This document shows, one piece after another, positions 1 through 7,052 of a DNA stretch of 46,055 nt. Made by a program: the position numbers and the translations under genes. Under the pieces are notes generated by a model, which did not search any database, was not told the DNA's origin, and was given only the letters and a program-made list of their open reading frames with translations. How positions within the stretch are numbered: position 1 is the stretch's first letter; each line of letters starts with the position of its first letter. This DNA comes from an uncultured Nitrososphaerota archaeon. Its GTDB lineage: Archaea; Thermoproteota; EX4484-205; JAAOZO01. The stretch is from NCBI GenBank assembly GCA_964408285.1, contig CAYOYV010000009.1, positions 8,792 through 54,846 of the forward strand, in the 5' to 3' direction.

Positions 1-452
1 TAAGGCAGTGTTACAGAAGTGCTGTATTCCTTCCCGCCGCTGGAGTGCAGACCGACTGTTACCGTCACGCCGCTTACGAGTTTCGATTGCCCTGCAGTAG
101 CCGGATTTGTGATCGCTAGCGTCAGAGTTTTGTTATTCCCCACGGGCAATGAAATTGGAAGTACTAAGTCCGGCGAGACGGTTGTCCAATCACTATGCAA
201 TTTTCCGTTCACCAGAATCGTATCTATTGTGGTGTCCGTTGAACCTGTGTTCATGAAAGTGATTTTTACAACGAAATTGCTGCCTACAAGTGAAGCGTAT
301 GAGTTACGGATTTCGACCTTCTCGAACCTTGTGAAGACGCCGACAAGACCGCTCATCCAGAGAGCGACTGCTATGGCCACCGCAATGCCCACCGCCACTA
401 TGATGACCGTTGTTATTACTGGGCTTATGCCTCTCCTGTCTCTCAGGTTCAT
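1..452 (-). CDS. Archaeal type IV pilin/archaellin-like protein with class III signal peptide (150 aa; probable stop codon cut by window edge)
   Basis: Not in ORF track. Manual translation from ATG at 452: MNLRDRRG|ISPVITTVIIVAVGIAVAIAVALWMSGLVGVFTRFEKVEIRNSY...FMNTGSTDTTIDTILVNG...LHSSGGKEYSTSVTLP, then 'TA' at the edge. Basic leader, RG|IS prepilin-peptidase site, hydrophobic helix and beta-rich body. TTATTAA box about 25 nt upstream. Confidence 0.9.
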   Translation of the reverse strand, partial: MNLRDRRGISPVITTVIIVAVGIAVAIAVALWMSGLVGVFTRFEKVEIRNSYASLVGSNFVVKITFMNTGSTDTTIDTILVNGKLHSDWTTVSPDLVLPISLPVGNNKTLTLAITNPATAGQSKLVSGVTVTVGLHSSGGKEYSTSVTLP

Positions 453-792
453 GGGGGGATTTCGCTCAGCAAAGTTAATAAGGCTTAGCCCTCGAAATGG
501 AATCACGATATATTTTCTCTAATATTGTTGCAGTCTGACAGTTTCCAATGGTTGATTCTTAAGTGGCTGGAAAAGGTTTGGTTCATATCGAATCCACATT
601 CGAGGCTTGTGACACTTCATCATTGCCTCAGATATCTGCTCGGCATGTCCAGTCCAATGCATGGACACGAACTGCCGCGCGCTGAAGTGCTGAAGGGCCT
701 GCCTCGGCGTTGGTTCGATCTATTTGGAATGGATTGCTGTCTGACGCCTCGTCGGCAAGATTTATAGGTCAAAGCATGTAGCACTGGCCAAG

Positions 793-1299
793 TTGGGCTC
801 AAGAGAAAGGCCATTAGGGGTCGCCATATTGGGTGTCCTTGGAATCCTCGGTAGCATCTTGGTTGTGTTGATTGGACTAGGTCTTGCTGCATTGGGCGCC
901 ACAGCAGGAGCCGCGGTCCTCACGGGCCTTCTGAGCCAGATAACAGAGCTGCCAGTAGCCAGCGGGCTTCTCGGAGCACTGATAGGGGGTTTGGGAATCG
1001 GGATTGGCTTATTTATCGCGTTGATCGGCTTGATCATGCTGCTCATTAACTGGAAATTCCTTCATGGGAGCTACCTGGCTTGGGCCATTGTGCTGGCCCT
1101 AAACGTCCTTTCCTTGCTTGGTTCGTTGCCGAATTTGTTGTCGGGCTTGCGGGTGCCTTTCCTCCTTTTTGTCTCTCTCCTGCCTTTCCTCTTTAACGTA
1201 ATAGTGATAATTTACCTCATCCAGCCTAGAGTCAGAGCGTACTTCGAGGGCAAACCGAAGGAACCGTTACTTCTGCCTCCTCCTCCACCAACAATTTAG
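793..1299 (+). CDS. Multi-pass membrane protein (about 4 TM) with C-terminal polyproline tail
   Basis: RPLGVAILGVL N-terminus typical of small archaeal membrane proteins; hydrophobic segments; ends YLIQPRVRAYFEGKPKEPLLLPPPPPTI. TTTATA at 761-766, TTG start. Confidence 0.75.
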   Translation: MGSRERPLGVAILGVLGILGSILVVLIGLGLAALGATAGAAVLTGLLSQITELPVASGLLGALIGGLGIGIGLFIALIGLIMLLINWKFLHGSYLAWAIVLALNVLSLLGSLPNLLSGLRVPFLLFVSLLPFLFNVIVIIYLIQPRVRAYFEGKPKEPLLLPPPPPTI

Positions 1300-1402
1300 A
1301 TTGGCCCCGAAGTCAGCAGCATCAGATCCTGCAAACATTGGTCTCAAGCCTGGCGAACATAGCTGCTAATGAACAGCACTAGATCTGCGGATATGTCAAT
1401 GC

Positions 1403-1573
1403 CTACTTCTTCTTGGCCTTGCCAGGTGCCTTCCTCGGCATCGGCGGCCTGATTGAGAAGCGTTTCATTGCTTCCCTGATTGCCTCAGACCTATTCATGT
1501 GAGCCTTCCTTCTGGCTTTGTCGAACGATGCAAGCAACTTCTCATCTATCAGCACATATATCGGCTTTGCCAT
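1403..1573 (-). CDS. Ribbon-helix-helix (CopG/NikR-like) DNA-binding protein, 56 aa
   Basis: From ATG 1573: MAKPIYVLIDEKLLASFDKARRKAHMNRSEAIREAMKRF. Beta-strand, helix, then the NRSEAIREA RHH signature. TATAAAT box about 30 nt upstream supports this start over 1654. Confidence 0.85.
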   Translation of the reverse strand: MAKPIYVLIDEKLLASFDKARRKAHMNRSEAIREAMKRFSIRPPMPRKAPGKAKKK

Positions 1574-1830
1574 AGTAATCGGATTCATTGCGTGTTGGGT
1601 ATATTTATATCTATTTCGACGCTGGGAGCACCTCAAACGATTCCAATGTTGCATTGACTGGCATCCTTCTGGTCTTCCATTGCATTCAGAATTCGAGAAG
1701 CTAGGATGTTCTATTAGAAGGCTAGTGAGTATTGTGTTTAGATGCTCCTTGTCACGACCAGCACTCTAAGAAATGCCACCTTCATCTGCGAAGAATCTAG
1801 CCATCAGATTGTATTGAAGCTTCAAGGTGC

Positions 1831-1953
1831 TCAAATTCTCTTTCTGTGAATCAGGCATGATTTCCTGTAGGGACCCACCCTTCTTCTTCTTGCCTTTTTC
1901 CTGCGTTCCACATCTCTGATGCTGTCAAACCTGTCTCCATCCTGGGTTCGCAT
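1831..1953 (-). CDS. Putative small basic protein (40 aa)
   Basis: Manual translation MRTQDGDRFDSIRDVERRKKARRRRVGPYRKSCLIHRKRI; occupies an otherwise empty gap; below the ORF-track cutoff. Confidence 0.4.
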   Translation of the reverse strand: MRTQDGDRFDSIRDVERRKKARRRRVGPYRKSCLIHRKRI

Positions 1954-2128
1954 GTCAGTCAAGCATGGAGATAATCCTCAGAAGATATGCCTAACGGCGC
2001 CTCTATTGGCTCGGGCGCATCACAGTTAAACAATCCCTCTTTTCTTGCCAAGGCAGAAGCATCGCCCTCGTAAAGTGCGCGAAGAGAAAAAATAAATCCT
2101 TGTTATTCTAACGGAAGATAGTGAGACA

Positions 2129-2842
2129 TTGACGACTGGCCCTGAGATATCCGTGATCGTACCTTCATTAAACGAAGAGAAATATATTGAGTCCTGTCTT
2201 GCTTCGCTTAGATCGCAAGAAATCAGCAGGACTTACGAGATCATCTTAGGAGATGGATACAGCAGCGACAGGACCTTGGAGATAGCTTCCAAGTATGTTG
2301 ATAAGGTGGCTTTTGAAAGGAAAAGGACAGTGGGGGCTGGTCGACAGACTGCCGCAAAGCAAGCAGAAGGGAAGGTCATTTCCTTTGCGTGTGCAGACTC
2401 TTATTACCCAGAGGATTGGCTGGCTGAATTGACAAGACCGATATTTGATCAGGGCTTTGGGGGAGCATTCGGTTTGGTTCTCTGCCGTGAAGGGGACAAA
2501 TTGGACGAATTGGGCAGCAAATACGTTCTGGCACCTACTGCCTTGATCCTTTCGAAACTGGGGATCTGCTTCTCCCCCGGTGAGACAATAGCTCTTGATC
2601 ATGAAGTGTTCAAGAGAGTCGGCGGCTTCAACGTCGACATGGTCACGAACGAAGACCAAGATCTAGTGAAACGTGCGTCCAAGATCTCCCGGATCGCATT
2701 CAATCCAAGGGCTAAAGCATATGTTTCGATGAGGAGAGTCAAGAAATGGGGCAGACTGCGATACCTCATGTTCCATACGGCAAATTTCCTTCAATACCAG
2801 ATCCTAGGTCGCGCGAATAAGGTATATGAGCCAGTAAGATGA
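2129..2842 (+). CDS. Glycosyltransferase family 2
   Basis: ISVIVPSLNEEKYI, EIILGDGYSSDRT, DxD-like CADS, GGFN...NEDQDL, VSMRR motifs. Confidence 0.9.
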   Translation: MTTGPEISVIVPSLNEEKYIESCLASLRSQEISRTYEIILGDGYSSDRTLEIASKYVDKVAFERKRTVGAGRQTAAKQAEGKVISFACADSYYPEDWLAELTRPIFDQGFGGAFGLVLCREGDKLDELGSKYVLAPTALILSKLGICFSPGETIALDHEVFKRVGGFNVDMVTNEDQDLVKRASKISRIAFNPRAKAYVSMRRVKKWGRLRYLMFHTANFLQYQILGRANKVYEPVR

Positions 2843-2928
2843 GGCTTGTAGGTCTTCATCTGTGAGAGAGTAGCCTCATTCGGGTCGGATATTGATATTC
2901 GTCAGGTGCCACTTCGGGCAGGAAGCCG

Positions 2929-3192
2929 CTAGACTCCTATTCTATAGACTAGGTCACCTTCTCGGACCCTTGTTTCGACCTTCAAACCTATTGACTGCCC
3001 GATGCCTGCACTCTGCACGTTCTGATGCTCTATCTGCATCGAGGAGACTTTCTGCCTGACTTGCGTCACACTCCCTTCTATGCTTATTTCGTCACCGACC
3101 TTGATGGTATCCCCAAGTTCGACAACCGCAACGCCTATTTTGCTGTAGTAATGGCTGATCTTTCCAACGAGCTTCTTCGTTTCTTCTCCCAT
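2929..3192 (-). CDS. Small beta-barrel protein (translation-factor domain II-like / U32 peptidase C-terminal domain family)
   Basis: VGKISHYYSKIGVAVVELGDTIKVGDEISIEG...SMQIEHQNV...GQSIGLKV..RVREGDLVY. Start set at ATG 3192 from a TTATTA box about 30 nt upstream. Confidence 0.8.
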   Translation of the reverse strand: MGEETKKLVGKISHYYSKIGVAVVELGDTIKVGDEISIEGSVTQVRQKVSSMQIEHQNVQSAGIGQSIGLKVETRVREGDLVYRIGV

Positions 3193-3364
3193 CTTGCGTG
3201 AAATCCCGCCCAACTTGGGCTAATAAGACTTTTCTGCGATTCACACTAACCTTGATGCTAGAGGGACAAGCGAGGCCCACATGCCCTGTTGTCTTGAGAT
3301 ATTGCAGCGGATATATCAATCAACCTATGTAAGCGCGGTCGGCACGATTCGGGCTCAATCGTCT

Positions 3365-3541
3365 CTAGTGTTCAAAGAGGCGTCCATTCAAGTTCTTGAC
3401 TGTGAGAGGAGATGCACATCTGAAGAAATCGGCGCTGAAATCTGACTCCGTAGATGGCTTCTTTTTTATGGATCCCTTTCCGTATCGCGCCATTATTTCG
3501 TCCAAATCCATATCAGTCGCGCTTCCCATTCTTCCCTTCAC
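3365..3541 (-). CDS. Putative small protein (58 aa from GTG; 54 aa from ATG 3529)
   Basis: Manual translation MKGRMGSATDMDLDEIMARYGKGSIKKKPSTESDFSADFFRCASPLTVKNLNGRLFEH; AT-rich ATAATTAT box about 30 nt upstream. Confidence 0.4.
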   Translation of the reverse strand: MKGRMGSATDMDLDEIMARYGKGSIKKKPSTESDFSADFFRCASPLTVKNLNGRLFEH

Positions 3542-3566
3542 CCTAGCACGGAAGCTATGGCTTTCT

Positions 3567-3582
3567 ATCGATAATTATCGAT
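3567..3582. promoter_or_regulatory. Perfect 16-bp palindrome with TATA-like core (candidate operator/promoter)
   Basis: ATCGATAATTATCGAT equals its own reverse complement; intergenic, 26 nt upstream of the small ORF at 3541. Confidence 0.45.
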
Positions 3583-3832
3583 GTGTAGGTCAAGAAATCA
3601 ACTTACAGACAGAATGGCGATCCGGTTAATATCTGTGCGGGATTGAGGCCCTTGACGCAAGCTTCTAAGAACACTCCATCGCTGGGTGTCCATGCTCGAG
3701 GGCTGAACTGATCTCGCGAAATGGCACAATCATCCAAGTCACCTTCCCCGAAAGGGGCGAGACCGAAGCCCCCCGTCGCGCGCGCTAGATAGGAGGATCG
3801 GCAAAAGGGTAATACGCCGGCTGACCCATTCC

Positions 3833-5278
3833 GTGGCCATGCCAGTGGCCTCGTATGCGGACCCGAACAAGATAAGATATGCAATGAGGTTTGTGAGAGA
3901 GGATCTGATTGACCGCACCTACTTCTACTTGCCTTTCAATATCCCAGAGGGAACGAAGAGAATCGAGGTCGCATATCGATATTCGCCTGGAGACCAGGGC
4001 GATCCGAACATCATAGACATAGGAGCATTCGGACCCGGCCCAACCGGCCTATTCAATATGGAACACTTCAGGGGCTGGAGCGGCAGTTTTAGAAATAGAT
4101 TCTATATATCCCAAGACGATTCGACTCCCGGATATCTGCGAGGAAGGGTCGAATCAGGAATCTGGAAAGTGATTCTGGGCTTGTACAAGATATCCAAGAC
4201 CGGCTGTGATTGCGAAGTTGAGATCTCTCCACTTCCTGAATTCGAAGAAAGACAGACAGCTGGTTCGGGGCATGAATGCTTCTCAGGGGTTGCTTCCCCA
4301 AGGGAAATTGGTTGGTCAAGGGGAGACCTACATGTGCATTCGGTTCACAGCGACGGGAATAATTCCATCCTCGAGCTTGCTAACGAAGCCAGAAGGAGGG
4401 GCCTGAACTATGTGGCCATAACTGATCACAACACGATTGCCCAAAGATGCGAAATCAATGAGATGGCCGCCCACGACCTGCTGATGTTTTCAGGGCAAGA
4501 GATCACTACATACCATGGCCACGCCAATGTGTGGGGAAACCGCAACTGTCTTGAATTCAGATGCCAGTCGGAATCAGATGTGTCCCTTCTTCTGGGGCGG
4601 GTCCATCAAGAAGGGCTGGTGTTCTCCATAAATCACCCGAATGACATTGGACCGAATTGGGAATTCAAGGGACTGAGGGGGTTCGATTGCCTTGAAGTAT
4701 GGTGTGGACTTTGGCCCAGATTGAACTTCCAGTCCTTGGAATGGTGGGATATGCTGCTTAATGAGGGAAACAGGGTAGTCGGTGTAGGAGGCAGCGATTT
4801 GCATGAAATAGAGGATAGCTCCTCTACGGACGGATATGGCGTGGGGAGTCCTACAACTTGGATTCATGCTGATGTGCTCACAAGCGATCTACTGACCTCT
4901 TCTATAGCTCGCGGCAACGTCTTCATCTCAAGGGATCCGGAGGGTCCTATGCTCAATCTAGAGGCTTGGAGTCCTTCGAACGATAAGCACGCGGTCATGG
5001 GAAGAGAGCTTGTTTCCAGAAAACACGAGCCGATATTCCTACGTCTCAACGTTCGATCCGCTGAAGGTGGATTTGCCAGATTGGTTGTTGACGGAAGGGG
5101 TAGCTCAATCGCGCGAATCGACTCCGGGGATTTCACCAAGGTCTGGCAACTAGAATCCGGGGCCAACAGATACTGCAGAATGGAGATCCTAAGCAAAGAT
5201 TCAGATCCAGATTCCAATGACAAAATGGATCAGGAAATCACCGCGCTCTCAAATCCGATATATATAAAACGCGTCTGA
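3833..5278 (+). CDS. CehA/McbA-family PHP-domain metallohydrolase
   Basis: GDLHVHSVHSDG, ITDHN, EITTYHGHAN, SINHP and GGSDLH PHP motifs, plus an N-terminal beta domain with FRGWSG/TPGYLRG. Confidence 0.8.
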   Translation: MAMPVASYADPNKIRYAMRFVREDLIDRTYFYLPFNIPEGTKRIEVAYRYSPGDQGDPNIIDIGAFGPGPTGLFNMEHFRGWSGSFRNRFYISQDDSTPGYLRGRVESGIWKVILGLYKISKTGCDCEVEISPLPEFEERQTAGSGHECFSGVASPREIGWSRGDLHVHSVHSDGNNSILELANEARRRGLNYVAITDHNTIAQRCEINEMAAHDLLMFSGQEITTYHGHANVWGNRNCLEFRCQSESDVSLLLGRVHQEGLVFSINHPNDIGPNWEFKGLRGFDCLEVWCGLWPRLNFQSLEWWDMLLNEGNRVVGVGGSDLHEIEDSSSTDGYGVGSPTTWIHADVLTSDLLTSSIARGNVFISRDPEGPMLNLEAWSPSNDKHAVMGRELVSRKHEPIFLRLNVRSAEGGFARLVVDGRGSSIARIDSGDFTKVWQLESGANRYCRMEILSKDSDPDSNDKMDQEITALSNPIYIKRV

Positions 5279-5298
5279 GTGGACGATTGAGCCAAGGT

Positions 5299-5991
5299 CT
5301 ACGGGAACAAGCTGAAAGCGAGGAGAACAGACCAGGAAACCAGCGGCACTGAGATGTTGTCGTCCACCAACTCATAGTGCTCCACCACGCTGGCTAGAAT
5401 AGCGGCAAGTATCCCCTTCCAACCAAAGGTGAAGTATCCTATTGGAATACACACCATCAGCATGGCTATATTGCCATCCCAAGATTTCACTCTCTTGGAG
5501 TAGAGGATGTTCCTCACTATTCCCGTTATTCCATCTCCAAAAGACATGAACAGTATGGGGACAACTGCCAGCCAGATGCCCCCTAGCTGTGCAGGGACAT
5601 ACCACATCAGGAGGATCAGGAAAGCCCAAACGACACAGAAATAGACTTCGGAGATGTTATCCTCGACTTGGAACCACTTGAAGATCCTACCAATCTTGTG
5701 TGGAATATATGTCATCATTGCAAGCCCCATGGCAAGGAGAAAAGGTACGAATGGTTCGGAGAGAAATGGAACGACCAAAGCGGTGAGGCCTCCCGAAAGG
5801 AAATGAATCACTTTCCGGGAAAAATAGGCTGCCTGAATCTCGCTTTTGCTCTTGTGCACTAGGATGAACGATTGCCTGGAGATCACGAAAACAACGGCAA
5901 GGTTCCAGACGAGGAGGATCGCCGTGGGAACCATGTCATTTGGTATTCTTGCTATATCAAGGGCTATCCTCGCAAATATCTCCTCGAACAT
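5299..5991 (-). CDS. Dolichol/phytol kinase-like integral membrane protein (CTP_transf_1 family)
   Basis: SRKVIH, SFGDGITGIV, KSWDGNIAM and DDNISVPL motifs with multiple TM helices. Confidence 0.8.
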   Translation of the reverse strand: MFEEIFARIALDIARIPNDMVPTAILLVWNLAVVFVISRQSFILVHKSKSEIQAAYFSRKVIHFLSGGLTALVVPFLSEPFVPFLLAMGLAMMTYIPHKIGRIFKWFQVEDNISEVYFCVVWAFLILLMWYVPAQLGGIWLAVVPILFMSFGDGITGIVRNILYSKRVKSWDGNIAMLMVCIPIGYFTFGWKGILAAILASVVEHYELVDDNISVPLVSWSVLLAFSLFP

Positions 5992-6091
5992 CGACCGACC
6001 TGTGCAGGTCGCTTCTCGTGCGTATTTATTGTGTCCTTCGAGGTTATGACGGAGTTCGACTATAGACTATTCGGCCTCGACTAGATCGGTT

Positions 6092-6391
6092 TCAGCCTCT
6101 TATTCCTCCTTCCCCGCAGATGACCCGATCGCCCATTCTCCTGACAAATCTGGAACAGGTGCCGCATTCGCTGACCAGCGTTGGTTCTCCATCCTGGGCG
6201 CAAGCCACAATCTCGACGGTGAAGGTTCTGTACCTTGGTGGATCTGGCTGAAGTCCCGATTGCTTGATGAATTCATCCTTGACAAAAATGGGCGAATATG
6301 AGTCCTCTGTATCGATAACGATCGGCACTTTCCTTATCCGGGGGAGAAGAGAATCCACCCCATTTGGCTTCCTATCCGCGAAGCGCCCCAT
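6092..6391 (-). CDS. Small Cys4 (Zn-binding) protein in the crenactin operon, arcadin-3-like by position
   Basis: ATG 6391 follows the upstream TAG after one base (TAG-C-ATG); 99 aa with C-x11-C-x2-C-x12-C. The arcadin-3 label rests on size and gene order only. Confidence 0.55.
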   Translation of the reverse strand: MGRFADRKPNGVDSLLPRIRKVPIVIDTEDSYSPIFVKDEFIKQSGLQPDPPRYRTFTVEIVACAQDGEPTLVSECGTCSRFVRRMGDRVICGEGGIRG

Positions 6392-6392
6392 G

Positions 6393-7052
6393 CTAGGGTT
6401 GGCCCCTTTCAACCAGGACTTCCAGCCACGGATTCTCTTGCAAGTAGGAGGGAAGTCCTTGGCTCACTCTTGGAGCTTTGAGGACCACCGGCGTTTCTGT
6501 CGATGCTATCCGAACTCCGCTTGCAGCAATTCTTCCCATCTCCGTTCTCAGCCTCTCGATTTCTTCCAGTACTGTTTCCATCTTGTCTTCCATAAGGCCT
6601 AGGGCTCTTTCGAGTGAGGCAACCCTTTCATCCAGGTGAATAAGGTCGTCGCTCGTCGAAGGGGACGGCTCTCGGCGGGCTGGCCCAAGGACCACATCGA
6701 GCTTCCTCGCAGGCAACGCTATTGCGACCCTTCTCTCGTCGAACGTAAGGAGGCCTACGCCATGCTCCGTCAGCAGTTCAGCGTCAATGGAAGAAGCATA
6801 CGATTTTGGCATGGCAAGGTAGACCTCGTTTGCCTTGCCAGACATTGAGGTGCTTCTGACCACAGCCCTGATCAGTGAATTCCTATCCGTCAATTCGTCC
6901 CTTGAAAGAGCCAACACCGCGATTATTCGCCCCTGCCCCTCAAAGACAGAGATCGGATGACCTGGCAGTCCGATCGCGACAGAGTTCTCGACTTGCCTGA
7001 GGCCTATAGATTCGAAATGCTGCCTAATTCGTCCTACGACATAGTTAGGCAT
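6393..7052 (-). CDS. rkd-2: Arcadin-2-like crenactin-binding protein
   Basis: Start overlaps the crenactin stop by 8 nt. Central heptad coiled coil (LDERVASLERALGLMEDKMETVLEEIERLRTEM). C-terminal LPSYLQENPWLEVL resembles the ENxWxxxL crenactin-binding helix of Pyrobaculum arcadin-2 (recalled, not aligned). Confidence 0.75.
   Translation of the reverse strand: MPNYVVGRIRQHFESIGLRQVENSVAIGLPGHPISVFEGQGRIIAVLALSRDELTDRNSLIRAVVRSTSMSGKANEVYLAMPKSYASSIDAELLTEHGVGLLTFDERRVAIALPARKLDVVLGPARREPSPSTSDDLIHLDERVASLERALGLMEDKMETVLEEIERLRTEMGRIAASGVRIASTETPVVLKAPRVSQGLPSYLQENPWLEVLVERGQP

Noticed and set aside
19-522. 167-aa plus-strand ORF in the track
   Set aside because: Antisense shadow of the pilin at 1-452 (-), which has a clear class III signal peptide and promoter.
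525-892. ORFs 525-767 (+) and 620-892 (-)
   Set aside because: No recognisable motifs; the first runs into the promoter and the second overlaps the start of the 793 gene. Treated as spurious.
1403-1573. RHH gene as antitoxin of a toxin-antitoxin pair
   Set aside because: No PIN, RelE or other toxin ORF is adjacent.
3746-3757. CCCC-GAAA-GGGG GNRA hairpin in a GC-rich intergenic stretch, considered as ncRNA/ribozyme
   Set aside because: Only a 4-bp stem; no tRNA, SRP, RNase P or hammerhead core could be built around it.
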